NCBI GenBank assembly: GCA_011109175.1
Contig: RDEW01000022.1
Span: 814,624 to 878,623, forward strand
Reading direction: 5' to 3'
DNA length: 64,000 nt
Origin: Dicyema japonicum
Taxonomy: Eukaryota; Animalia; Dicyemida
Shown here: in pieces, positions 26,490 through 39,699 of the stretch
How the letters are laid out: each line of letters begins with the position of its first letter
Numbering within the stretch: position 1 is the first letter of the stretch
Program-made: the position numbers and the translations under genes
The notes under the pieces: model-generated
What the model saw: only the letters and a program-made list of their open reading frames with translations
What the model was told of the DNA's origin: nothing
Database searches by the model: none

Positions 26490-29400
26490 ATAATTTATAC
26501 AATAATTATAGAGTTTTTTTAGACCGCTTCTCAGCCAATCTTGCTGAACGTCTAGTGGGCTCAACAGTCTTGACCACCTTAGGAGGCTTTTTTTCCCCAT
26601 CTACAAATAACAACCAAAACAACAAAATCTAATCAAAGCTGCCCTCGACATCTTCTTACTGAACTCTTCCTTCTTCTCACGAGGCCAGAATCGGTATATA
26701 GCACCTCTCTTGGTATCCACTCTCTTTCTTTTTCTGCCAGTAAGAACAATCACAACCTTTTCCGATTGAGTGTCGACTCTACCGGATTTCTTTCCACTGG
26801 TTTGCACGTGGTAAAAACGGCGGGCCATGCGAATAGGGCCATAAATATCCTCCTCAGCTCAAAAAACTTTTCATCCTTCACTAAGAAACACAATCACCTC
26901 CACATCTTCATCCAAGGTTCCACATGTGGTCTCCAATTCAACTCTATGATGTAGGAGACGGACAAACGCCTTCGTAGTATTAAAATTTGGCGGAAACAAG
27001 GTTACATCCCCACCAACCTACACTAAAACCGCCAAAAAAACCTGACCCTCAACAGTGAAGGAGTCACATGCCTTATCAAACAGCTCCCTTGTGTCCGATG
27101 ACTGTTCGTACTCTGAACCAACCATATAAGAAGGGTCCAAAATGTTGACTGCCCGGTAAAAGACTTCCACTGAGCTGGGCATCATAACAAACTCTGCCAT
27201 TAAAATGTACCCAACCTTTCAATTTCTGAGGATCGATTCCTCCTAAAACTGATTTCACGGACTCCAGCATCCCCAATTTCTAAAATATAACCAAAAATCA
27301 CCTTAATCACAATCCCTGCGGTGATATGAGGAGAGTCCACGTGTCTTGAGTACGAGGGAACATCAGAATTCAAGCCAACTAAAAGTAAAACGGTCATATA
27401 ACTGTAGTAGGTCCTGGGTCTCCCCAGAACTTTGCTCCCGCTGTGAATCACCTTATAGTGTTTCGTCAATGCTTCCCTGTAGTACAAAGAAACCACCGAA
27501 GGGGATGTAAACGGAGCCCTCTACCATTAAGTGAAACTTATACCAATATTGGTTTGTTTTCGGAGGTTATTTGTAGTTTAGCAGTCTTTCTGGAGCTGCA
27601 TCTCTCAATTTCATTCCACAGAGAGTTCATCTACATAAGGAAAGAAGTAAACCATTAAGTTGATCGCCTCTTCGTCTCCAATCCCCAGAGAAGTCAAATC
27701 GGGTAGTGGTTTAGCGAGGAACCGCTTAACTCCAGCTCTGAGAATCTTCCGTGACCAAAGAAAAGATGAAGAAATCCCACGAATTGGTCCAGACAATAGT
27801 AAACGCATTTCAAGAGAATATAAAGTATCAGAGAACTCCATCTCCAATATTTTCCGATTTTCTGCCAAATGAGCTTCCTCCTCTTCCAATTCCAAGGCAA
27901 TCTGTCTGAGAGAAGAATCTATGGTGAAGTCGGGCACATCAAAGGGACGAGCCACACTCAAGCTGCTCTGCTTCTTCTTCAGAATAATAGTCTTCTCCAG
28001 AAAGGATTTCTCAATCTCACACAACTTCCTGATTTGATTCTCAAGTTTGTCCGTTAATCTCAAATCTGCCGTTACTTCCGGGTCGTATCGTACCTAAACT
28101 TAGAAACTAACCTAACTCGTTGAAACGCTGATCTGATCACTCGTTTACTGTAAGTCCTCAGCATTCTGAATCTGTGTCGACACACAGAGACTGAGGATCC
28201 AACAACTTGGGAAACTACCTTCCAGTCTCTCCCATGCTCATCCACGGCTCTTAGCAGGGCATTGTCGTCTACGACTCCAGCCTTCCACAAAGTCATCATC
28301 CACCGTTGTCTANAAGCTGCTCTGCTTCTTCTTCAGAATAATAGTCTTCTCCAGAAAGGATTTCTCAATCTCACACAACCTCCTGATTTGATTCTCAAGT
28401 TTGTCCGTTAATCTCAAATCTGCCGTTACCTCCGGGTCGTATCGTACCTAAACTTAGAAACTAACCTAACTCGTTGAAACGCTGATCTGATCACTCGTTT
28501 ACTGTAGGTCCTCAGCATTCTGAATCTGTGTCGACACACAGAGACTGAGGATCCAACAACTTGGGAGACTACCTTCCAGTCTCTCCCATGCTCGTCCACG
28601 GCTCTTAGCAGGGCATTGTCGTCTACGACTCCAGCCTTCCACAACGTCATCATCCACCGTTGTCTACACTGCCATCTACTCCGAGTCCCCACGTGGAGTG
28701 ACACATCTTCCCAGCGATACCGAGTTAGTCCATTCGCCCGCATAGACTCAATTAGTCTCTGCCATTGATAACCCAGCGTACCTCGTCCTCCTCTATAGAC
28801 CACGTGCCTATTCTCCGATTGGGATAAAGAACATTATAACGGTTTTGACACTCCAGTCTGCTCCTGGTTCCCATGTACTGACTCACTGGAATAAAAGATC
28901 TCAAAGACCTTCCTTGAAAGATATTTTGTCCCCCAATCTTAAAGAGTCGCTGATTTCGAGCAGTAATTCGTCCTCCGAATGACTCCAAGGTCTACTGTGA
29001 CAAATCAGGGGTACCTGAGAGGATGACGGGAAGACTTTACGTTTTGGTATCTCTGCAAACAGAAGAACGGGGTCCTTCCCGTCTAAAATAAGCCAAAAGT
29101 CAACTCCAAGCTCTTCAGCTATTCGAGTCCAGTTTCTGTCCCCGAAATAAGCCACCAAGAACAGGATCCTATCATCCTCCTCCTTAGAGCAGGGACCGTT
29201 GAGCTATTCGAGTCCAGTTTCTGTCCCCGAAATAAGCCACCAAGAACAGGATCCTATCATCCTCCTCCTTAGAGCAGGGACCGTTGTTTATGGAAGGATG
29301 ATACTGGTTATCCCACATAGCCTTCAAATTGGCGGGCGAATAATGCGAAAACTGAATTTTATGAGAACGCAAACTTTGGACTTCTTTGCTAACATAAACC

Positions 29401-30098
29401 AGTCAATGGAGGATGAATTCCGTTCAGAATTAAATTCCTCCTCTGGGGCTCCCTTTATGTTCTCGATCTCCTGATTTACGCCTTTTATGAGCAGTCGAGA
29501 CTTGGTCTGGTGGTCTCTGTTCATGTTTTCTTTGCTAAAATTAGATTAAGGGTAACTAGGATAGTAGTCCAAGTATTTTCCGTTGTTTTACTTGACGTGA
29601 AATCACCTTCTCCAGTTCTTGGACCAATTTTGGCTTCACTAAAATTTAGGCAAAGCATTACATGTATAAACTGTCTTCGGAAAAACAGAAACCTCCCCGG
29701 AGGCTTGTTTGGCCAAGTAGTCAGCGTTATGCGGAGGGACCTGGAATATGGGGAATCATACCTTGCCATTAGGACTGCTGAAGTAACTGAGAAGAATGCG
29801 TGGTTCATACTTTGGAGACAAGGTGTAGGTTTTGGCTGTATTGTCTGTGATTTCAAACTTTATTTAGTCATTTTTTTACTAAATAGTTGTCACAGTTCTC
29901 CACGAGGTCGTCCAGGAGCATGAGATTCTCCAGAATTATCTGTCTGTATAAGCAGTTCCAGTGGAAAGCCCATTCAAGATTCTGAAAATATATGAAAATG
30001 ATTACCTCTCTAAAAAGATCATCAGGCTGCTTTTCGTTGGTTGAAACCATTGTCAGGTCTAAATCATCGCAAACGACTGATTGGCCAAACTCCATCAT
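26490..30098 (-). CDS. SNAPC4: snRNA-activating protein complex subunit 4 (SNAP190), multi-Myb-repeat protein
   Basis: IDWFMLA..MWDNQYHPSINNGPCSKEEDDRI..WTRIAEELG matches SNAPC4 Rh/Ra, and further Myb repeats follow. The frame continues through 22-24 nt introns to about 26490. Internal duplications are probably artefacts; the C-terminal boundary is approximate. Confidence 0.85.
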
Positions 30099-30199
30099 GT
30101 GAGATTTGGAAAAATATTTAAATTTAAAATTATTTTATTTATAAAATTATTTTAAACACAAAAAATATTAAAATAAAATAACTTTTAATGTCTTCATTG

Positions 30200-32335
30200 A
30201 CCTAAAATTTCAACATTTTTTACCTAGACGCGTTTATCATGTAACGAATCTTCAACATCCCCCTGCCTCAACCAATACATACGAGTCAGCTAACATGAAC
30301 AAAATTTAATCAACCTTGATCTCTCTGACATACGGTCGATTCTCTAACCAGGAAAAACCAAAAACTCTTCAGGGTCCTACAGGCCAATTTCTCTTCTATG
30401 TACTTATTCGAATGTCATATAAAAGCTCATCTTGATACAAATTCAACCATATCTCCCTCTGGTTTCCTTCCAATATAAATTTAAGGAAGGCCTCTTAACA
30501 ATAACTCACCTTATGTCTTTCAAAATTCATCTTAAAGGGTCTTCAATGTAAAGCCCACATATTTCATCCGGTCCTTGGTGATGTTTGACACCGATTTGAA
30601 TTTTTCGATGATTTTAAAAGTCGAAGACATGACTTGGAGCAGTTCACAGTTTTTATCCTGTTGCAACCTCGTACGTTAACAAAAATTACCAAGGAAAGTG
30701 TCATAACCGACAAACCTGGGTTAACGTAAAATATACTAACAAGAAGGAGGAATAAATGGAAATATAGAGACTTTGGGTTTGTGGGAGATTTTACAGTATT
30801 CATTACTTGATTTTCCACGCATCTCCCCAATTTGCTTAGAGGCATCAATTTGGGTTTACTGACGGTGGTAATATTTGCGACTTCCTGTTTTCCAAGTTGT
30901 CTTGAAAAAACGGGGACTCCTCTAAAGTATTTCCTCTTACTGCTTCGACTAAAATGAGTCACTACATTTACATTTGCTCAAATTGGAGATCTCTTCTTTG
31001 ACCTACTGAAAGTCCACGTTGTTTGACCTATTTATGAGGAATCGTGATGTCTCCAACTTGAGCTTAGAAAACTCCGTTATCGTGGGTTCCACGTCGGTTG
31101 ATGTCAGGTCCTCTGGACTTTGTGAGTCTCTAAAATGATGTAATGCTTCGAATGAGGATTATCTTTCCGTATTATAATCCATGAATTTCTCTAACTTACG
31201 AAAGTTTCGTATTAAAAGTAAAATGAGGCATATTTGTCCAAATTAAGATATTCACCAGTGGGATCCTGCCTAAAAGTTTGAAATTTAGATTCCATATTTC
31301 ATGGATCGGTGTGACAGGGAAATTAAAGAGGGTCAGGACAAGGGAGGAGGTCATCAAGAAGGCAGAACCTTAGTATTATTTAGTGGACAAAGACTATTTT
31401 TATAACAATAAAGTATTAAGGTTCTTTTGGCATCTTGTAAACCGTGAGTTTTTTGAATCTTTGAGTGGTCTAAGGACCCTCAAAAGTAAATAAGCTTAGG
31501 GTCTGTCTCCAAGTGTTTCTATAATTACATTGATGTTATCTATGGAAGCACGGAGGATCCACTCGTTCTGAGGAACTGGAGAGTATGGTTATTGGACACA
31601 AACGTAGAATAAGGTGATTAAGAGTTCATCTCTGCTTTCAACTAACCTATGGTAGTTTTGAGGACAGTTAATTGGATGCGGAAAAAGGGAGACGACTAAC
31701 TCGGATGTGGAGAGAGGGGATGAGTTTGTAGTTAATTCCTCTACGAGGAGAGTGATTCAATTGGAATGAATGAATTGCTTAATTTCTTGTGTTTTATCAA
31801 TTGGAGGATGAGGAAAAGATTGTAAGGATGTGCAAAGATCGAGAGGAGTAAAAGGAGGAAATCCATCCGTCAAAGGACAAATTCTTCATTTAGCTAATCT
31901 CGGTGATTTCCCTAGTGTTCAGTCCAACGCAAAATAATTTGTCGAAATGATCGTGCTTTTTGCAGGATTGCTGAAATGGGAGACTATAATTAAATGACGG
32001 CTCTTCATGTTGGCGATAATGAGGGGTAACTCTGCACCTCCAAGTTATAGTTAGTTTGAACCATTATTAACTTTGAAATACTATTTAATACTATTTAGTA
32101 GCCATTTCTGAGATCACACGTGGAACTTTTAAATAGATCTTTTAACCATCAAGGAAAATGGACAAGTAACAATATCAGCCTTTCTGTAAAGGAGTTTTCA
32201 TTACTTATCATCCTCTAACACACAAAGGAGAAAACTAATCGTAGGAAAAAGACAAAACGTTCTTAACCTGTTTCTTGAGAGTCCCTGAAGACAATCTGGT
32301 TCCGCATGTACAAATAAAGCAAGAATAATAAGCAT
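30200..32335 (-). CDS. Uncharacterised multi-exon gene with probable signal peptide and TM segment
   Basis: ATG at 32335 begins MLIILALFVHAEPDC (signal-like). Cys/Pro-rich exons follow, with a hydrophobic segment in ORF 30564-30962. Model not resolved. Confidence 0.4.
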
Positions 32336-32375
32336 TGATTGAAATAGAAAATTTTAGAAATAATAAAATTCTAAA

Positions 32376-32959
32376 TTAAACAACCAAGGAAATATATTCA
32401 GAAATAATTGAGTTCTACTTAATTAATGAAGCTGATTTTGACCATTTCAACGAAATGATACTCCGAGTCTCCACCTGATTTAGTGTAGAGATTATATATC
32501 TCATCTTCTGTTTTAATCAGATAATTTGCATTCCCAAATTTTCCAATTTCAGCCTTATTTTCTCCTATATTAAACATCTTTCTTGTTGCCCTGTCCACGT
32601 ATTGCAGCCATTCACCACCTAAGGACTTAACAAAGGCCAAATAGGCAGTCTGCTCGGATTCCATATAATTCAAGTAGGCAGTCTTGGGGATTGATTTCGA
32701 TGGTTGGCTTAGATAAATTGCTCCAGGAATTGTTGCAAGTAAAATAAGAAGACCTATAAGAATTAATTTCACCATAAAAACCAATAGCGATGTACATAGT
32801 ATTCTTGCTTTTCTTTATCGGATGAGAAAATCCCAGAATAGATGAAGATATTGCATCAATATCTACTGGTCCAAATGTCCATTGCTCCTCAGCATAGCCT
32901 CTTTCTCTTCTAAGTGTAAATTCTCCAAGTCTTCTCGTAGTAACTTGTAATTCAGACAT
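32376..32959 (-). CDS. Uncharacterised type II membrane protein
   Basis: MSELQVTTRR...MYIAI/GLLILLATIPGAIYL (TM segment joined across a 28-nt intron), followed by an ectodomain. Confidence 0.5.
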
Positions 32960-33828
32960 TTCAACTCAAATTGCTAAATTTAAATATTTGTTTTATTTAT
33001 TGAATTTAGGTTAGCCATTCTAAAACGTTTTATATATAATATATTCAATAAATTATAAATTATTATTAAAGTAAATTTAGTCATATTAATTTGTATCATA
33101 TGTATTTGGAATTCAAAGTTCAACAATACCTGACTACCAAAAAGTAGAGAAAATCACCAAATCATAGTTACTAAGAAAGCCGTACTACAATTACTTAGAA
33201 AACACCGAGTTAAAAGACAGAATTTGTTGCGAATACACATAAACGTTATCAACTGCAGACCTTTTCAAAAACCAAGTCTTTTTCGATCATGCTCAAAATT
33301 GAACCCTTAGCGGTCACAGATGTATGTTTTGTTCGAAGGGATTCTCATTGTATCGAAATTTTGGTATGAAGATAAATCTAATAATTATGTTGATTGAATT
33401 AATTCCTCTGAGTATCTATTAAACATTATGCCTTTATCTCTTGGAGGTTTGCATTCTCTCCGTGGTAGCTAAACAAACCAGCTTGTTACATGAGGAGGCT
33501 CTACATCTTTATGAAACGGAACAGACCCTACCATTGATTTCATTTTAGGAAAGGATGCAGATTTCTCAGATTCTATCAAGAACCATGGAATTCACTTTGT
33601 TCATCAGCGAGCGATAGGAAAATAGTCAGCCTTTTCTTAAACACCCTTCCCCCGTTAACTTCATTTGTAGACACAAGCGCAAACGCTTCCGGGAAGTTAG
33701 TGATCCCTCGATGAGCGCAGAATGAATATGGTTCAAAGATAAGGGGAACCGAAATAATTTTTACTATACCGTCCTTTTTGATGTTTCCCAGGATTGAGCA
33801 AATAAAACAGCTGAAAATTGGCCGTATA

Positions 33829-34240
33829 CAGTGCTTAGCATAGAAAATTGTACACACCAATTTTTAGACATTTTGATGGTTTTTGAAAGAAAATATTATT
33901 TTTGGAAATTAAGATGGTAATAGTTAGACATTAATTCAATTTGTAATATTTTTTATACGTCGATTTATTTCTTAATTTGAGTATAATTTTGCATCGTGAT
34001 GAATTTTGTTGCTCATAGAAAATTGTACACCACTTAAATTTCTCAATTTACCTAAAATTTTCGATAGTTTTTTTTTTTTTAGAAAAAATCACTTATCGGA
34101 AGTCTTAAAAAGTCAAATAATTGCACTTCACAACCAGAAAGTGTTTCTTAGACAAATTTCAAGAGAGACTGATGTTCCCTTTTCTACTGTCGGAAGTTTC
34201 ATCAGTAGATACAAAAAGACCAGAAGGATTGTATATTAAG
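33829..34240 (+). mobile_element. Tc1/mariner 5' fragment (TIR plus N-terminal HTH)
   Basis: TA|CAGTG... terminus at 33829, inner repeat CATAGAAAATTGTACAC near 34015, and LSEVLKSQIIALH...RQISRETDVPFSTV..FISRYK (paired-like HTH). Confidence 0.7.
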
Positions 34241-34297
34241 TGGAATTTTGGAATGCTTTATTTTTATTAGCTTAATCGTTTCGACATCTTAGTTTAC

Positions 34298-34600
34298 GCC
34301 GGGTGACTAGGTGTCGGGCTGAAAGTGGCTTAGGTTACAAGTTCGATTCTCGCTGCTGTTCACCTGGTGGAAGGTTCCACGCATCTACGATGCAGAGAAA
34401 GCTCGACGAGTGACGCCGTCATCAGTGGATACTCACTACGGAACTGGATTGTCTAAAAAGGACCCACACACAGAAAAAGAAAAAAAGAAGTGAAGATCAT
34501 TACTTGGTTCTACGATTAGTTAAAATTAACTGTTCTTTACTTAAATAAAATTTGTGTCTTGCCTATGCGGAGCTATAAATAACATGCTCTTGTGAAAAGG
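34298..34600 (+). mobile_element. tRNA-headed SINE-like repeat, copy 3 (most complete)
   Basis: A-box-like GGTGACTAGGTG, B-box-like AGTTCGATTC, core GACGAGTGACGCCG (34405-34418) and tail GATTAGTTAAAATTAACTGTTCTTT. Confidence 0.65.
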
Positions 34601-34789
34601 CCGTATTATTATTATCTTAGTTTTCATGGCAACGTCATACTAATTTTTTTTAAATCCTAAAACAAGTCGTTTAAAGAAACGCTCAACTCAAATGGTAAGA
34701 ATCTCTAAAAATTTCACCACTGTTTATCTTTTAGATGAATTTGTAAAGACATGGGCCTTGTAATTTAATTTATTACCATGAAAACACAA

Positions 34790-35840
34790 GAAAGAGCCCC
34801 TTATATATAATATTCCCAGAACAACAATGCTGCACTACAAGGTGCATGCTTTCATGTGTTAGGCGGAGAGTTGGCGCTTACTTCCATATGATGCACGTAG
34901 CTTACGTCTAACATAACTGTAACAAATTTTAATACAATAATATGGTCCCCCTCTGTCTCCTCTCTTATTTAACTTATTTCTACACGATTTACCTACTACC
35001 AATGAGCAGGACACCATGTTTTTATTTAATGTTGACGACCTGATTATCGCTGCAAGGGACAAATCTTTTTCCAGTGCTGTGGCGATGGTTCAGTCACACT
35101 TAATCAGGTGTGTGACTGGCAATCCATGAATTTGCTGCCTGAGTCTGCATCCAAGTCTCAGTTCACCCTATTTACAACGGACAGAAGATTTAAAGGTGGA
35201 CTTGAGATATTCCTCGGAAACATTCCCATCCATTATACACGAATTCAGAAGATCCTTTGAGTAACTTTTAACTCTGATGACGTTCGCCAGTTACACGGAA
35301 AAGGTGTTAACCAAAGGTCTTCGAAAATGGAAGTCCTAAAAGCTATCGTAAAGAATCCTCTGGACTTTCCTCCTATTGCTTGTATCAGCAATGTATATCT
35401 CCAAGTTATTGCGCCGACGATTGAATATACCTGTTCTGCCTGGAGATTCGCTATTCCTTCTACGAGGGTGGAGCGTATGAACTCTCTCAGACTAAAATCA
35501 TGAGGCATATACAATCAGACTCCACATCCGTCCTCAGTCTGCTTTCAGAGGAGACGACGGTGAGAAATGACCTGGGCTTCCTATGTATGTGCATTGAGCT
35601 AGGAAACCCATTCAGAGAGAGGGTGGTTCATGCGGAGGAATTCAGATCGGCATTAAAAAGTGCACTCCGATAGAATTCCTCTGCAGAAATAAAAGAAGAC
35701 ACTTCAGAAACGCTGTTGGTTCACTGGCGAGCATTCGAAGAGAATTCGAGAGATGTTGGAGGCTGGGATCACTTAATTTAGCAAGTTAATTCTTTCTTTC
35801 TTGGTGGTCTTGGGGTTTTAAAATAAAAAAATAAATAAAA
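34790..35840 (+). mobile_element. I/Jockey-like LINE 3' part (ends EAGIT*)
   Basis: RT remnant DDLIIAA. The C-terminus is homologous to 49222-49482. GGG ATC ACT TAA at 35765-35776 plus tail. Confidence 0.8.
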
Positions 35841-37003
35841 TAATAATATTGTGGAATCGTGACGGTTATTATATTGTCTTTATAAACCAAACTGACCCCA
35901 TTAGAATCACAACTTCACTTAAGAAGAAAAGGAAACTTCAGATATTAGAAATGGAGTCTGATTCTACACTCAGACCAAAATACTTCGAAGTGGGGATACC
36001 TTGCTTCTTGGATATCTTTCTTAAAAGTTAACAAACTTCAGAAAGTTTCATGAAATCAACATCTCAGAGAACAAGACTGAATACTTGCCATCACTCATCA
36101 AGGTCGGAACTTCTAATAGATTTTAGATAGAATATTGTCATGAAAAGATGCACCTCATGATAAAACAGAGACTAAAGAGTGATTTGATAATCTTTAAAAA
36201 ATGATTACAATTGTTATATTTGGCTTGTGGGACGTTATCGTTGTAGTAGACTTGCAAATTACTACACTTCAATGAGATACAGTGTATTTCATGTTTGTTA
36301 GTGCGGCCCGCTTGTGTACTCAAAATTATATTATGTGGCCCCTAAAGCTTTTTGAGTTTGAGATACCGGGTGTGACCAATGCTCACGGTTACGTCAATTA
36401 CGACCTGCGGTTTAAATATTTAAAATGAATGCATAATCCTTCAAACTAATTCATTTGGAAACAAGGATGCTAATAAAGATCACGCTACACCTGTCAAGGG
36501 AGGTGGGAATTTCGTGGACAATGGCCCAGACGCCGTCGAAACTAGTTCTGTTCGCAAGGGTCTCAGAGTCGTGCCACAATCATGTTCCTATTTTCATTGA
36601 TGACTCTTTTACCCGTTCCTTCTCTCCTTTTATATACACTTGGACATTTATCTCCAATCCCAGTAGTGTAAGACTGAGCAACTTGAACCACTAAGAGAAA
36701 GTTAGATTTCTTACACACGCCTTAATGAATATTTTCGCAGAGACCTCTAAATATCCCAAAAAATCACAAACATGGAACAAACTGAAGACAGGCCAAAAAA
36801 ATATTTACCAACCTAAAGAGTACTATTAAAGCATTTGTGCTTAAAAACTAATTAAGCTGCCTATTTCTAATTTTTACTAAAAAATATGATTAACTAAGTT
36901 AGTACCCCCTTAACAGTGTTTCTAATCATTTTCATACAGTTTATGTCTTCTTAGGTGGAAAGAACTAAAAAACAAAGAAAAAACGATAACCTTCACTCAT
37001 GTA

Positions 37004-37054
37004 GGTAACAGTGTGGTTCGAACCCACAACGACAACAGTGACCACCACGCTACC
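37004..37054 (-). other. Truncated tRNA-like sequence (acceptor stem plus T-arm); second copy at 37324-37374
   Basis: Reverse complement GGTAGCG-[20 nt]-GTGGG TTCGAAC CACAC-TGTTACC: a 7-bp acceptor stem in register with the T-arm. D and anticodon arms are missing or non-canonical. Confidence 0.4.
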
Positions 37055-37990
37055 TGAACGCATCTAGGTGTAAAAGTTGTAATGACCACATTTTTTAAAT
37101 CAAAAATCACGACAAAGAAAAAAAATTACTAGTTGATTCCAGCTACTTTTAGTGAACANCTTAAAAACTAATTAAGCTGCCTATTTCTAATTTTTACTAA
37201 AAAATATGATAAACTAAGTTAGTACCCCCTTAACAGTGTCTCTAATCATTTTCATACAGTTAATGTCTTCTTAGGTGGAAAGAACTAAAAAACAAAGAAA
37301 AAACGATAACCTTCACTCATGTAGGTAACAGTGTGGTTCGAACCCACAATGACAACAGTGACCACCACGCTACCTGAACGCATCTAGGTGTAAAAGTTGT
37401 AATGACCACATTTTTTAAATCAAAAATCACCACCAAAAAGAAAAATTACTAGTTGATCTCAGCTACTTTTAGTGAACAGCACATTTAGGGTTACGTCATT
37501 CACTTTGAAGCGGTAATTCGTATCAGAAGTTGTAAAAGTGCTAAATCAATGACAATAATTTCCGCTCCAAAATTGGTGGATGAAAAGTTTAGTTCTCTGT
37601 GAGCTAGTGTGTGCTTAATGGGGCAATAAATATTATCAAAACCGTCAGGGATTGACACCCAAATTCACTTAAACCGGTTATCACATGTTTATTACCTTGA
37701 GCAGTCAAAAATATGTCAACATATCAAATCGATTATCAAAAATGACAGTTGAATATCTTTCATCCCCTTTGAATGGACTAATCCCCCAATTTAATATTTG
37801 GGATAATTTACCAAAGCCACAAATTTCAAACAGGAGACAGTCCCTTATTTGGGATATCTTGTTTACTGTGGTTGACTATTAAAGCGTATAATTTTATTTT
37901 TGATATTAAAATTAACAAAGAGCGTAAATTACGTTAAAGACGCTGTTTTTAAATAACCGACTGATTTAAATAATAAATTTTGTCAATCGA

Positions 37991-39507
37991 ATGTCAGGAT
38001 TTGGTTTAGGAGATGGCAATTCCTCATCAATGTCATCAAATGATAAATGTACTTTGTCAAACTTACCCCTAGTTAATTCAACACGTGCTATGAATTACAA
38101 TCCCTCTTATGTCAAACAGATGATAAGAAGGTTTATTCCTATCACTTAACCCAGTCATCCTCTCTTCCCTCTGCTAAGTCTTATTTTCACTCGGTGTTTG
38201 AAATTGACCGACACTTCAGATGACTATGAGGGATTCAGCGTGGATCAGGAAATAAAGGACATGGCTACAAAAGTTGTAGGTTGTTTACAATTTAGCTTCT
38301 TCAGTCCACTGATCTCGTTTACAGGAAAGACTCACTCATCGATTCTCTAGTTTGAAATATTTTATCTACCAGATTGTGGATGGGATCGGAGCTCTGCGGG
38401 GGAACTTATTCGAGCTTCAAGAGGTACTGAAAACACCCATTAAATTGTCTTTGTCTTAAAATGACATTGATATATCATTTTTCCCATTTAACTTTTTCAG
38501 ATTAGGCGAACAATGAACGTGTTCTTGCACGACTCAATTACTCGAGTTAAGCAAATCTCTGCGGAGAACCTCAAAGTCCCCGAAAAAGTGGTCTCCAAGT
38601 CTTCTCATAATGAAGTCTGCCAGTTTCCAATGGTTAGTCTAATTATACAATCTCATGCTGTTTCTGTGGTTTTTAAAAGTGGACTGTATTATTTTATTGT
38701 CTCGGTTAAGTCAACCGAAAATCACAAAACAGTTCCAGACATGAATTTTTATTAATTATTTAGAACATTCAGGGACCCGACCCACTCACCGACTCCCGAA
38801 TGTACGAGTTTTGCTGACTGTAGGGCGGCCGAACAAGCGGAAAATGACTTTTACTTTGAAGACAGTCCAACCCACGTGGACTCGGATATTCACCCTTCTT
38901 TGAATCAAGGTAGGAATAATAAATCTGACATGTGCCCATTAAAATTATCTTTATTGCATTTTTATTTACTTATAGTTTTCCCAAGTGAGGATGGAAATGT
39001 TTTGAACAAAAAGAGGAGAAGCATGTTCTCAAAGCACGTGGTCAATATTCTCAGAGGATGGCTGAATGATAATATTAATGTGGTCCCTGATTTGACTTGT
39101 AGCATCCATATCCGACTGAGGACATGAAAAAAGAACTCTGCAAGAAGACTAGCCTCTCTGCAATCCAAGTCAACAACTGGTTCATCAATGCAAGACGTCG
39201 AATGGTACCCCGAATGCTGGATACTTCTCAATTGTCCAACAAAGTTCCCCAAACGACTCAAAACCTTAACTTTACAAGCAATGTTCAAGTCCCCCAAGAA
39301 TATCTCCAAGAAAGGGCATTTGTCCCCAACAATTATTTCAACGTGGGATTCCAAAACTTCCCTCCCAGTCCGTACCCCCAAATTATGCCCCAAACCTTCC
39401 AACCCCCATACAATCCATCAAACATAGGATATGTCCCCTATTCCTACAGTAAAGGTTATTTCCAGAGGGATTTCAACGGAAATAGTACATTCTACCCGAG
39501 ACAATAG
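37991..39507 (+). CDS. PKNOX: TALE-class homeobox protein with MEINOX domain (PKNOX/Prep-like; Meis possible)
   Basis: [14 protein letters not shown]...[20 protein letters not shown] (MEINOX). Homeodomain [19 protein letters not shown]...[22 protein letters not shown], with a 23-nt intron at 39080-39102. Confidence 0.88.
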
Positions 39508-39699
39508 TTTTTGTAACTTTAGCATGTCAAAACTTTCATATTATGTCTTTTAAACCACATCTTTAGTTTTTTTGTCAATGTCTGACCACAATAATTTTAG
39601 GTCTTTCCTGTTTTGGCATGATTTATCGATAAGTCTAAATATTGATTAACTCATAACCATGTGGAAACAACACGGGAAATACCTGATTATTCATAGNGA

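Noticed and set aside
29117-29286. Exact 85-bp tandem duplication in SNAPC4
   Set aside because: It frameshifts an essential gene and is identical in sequence; most likely a gap-closing artefact.
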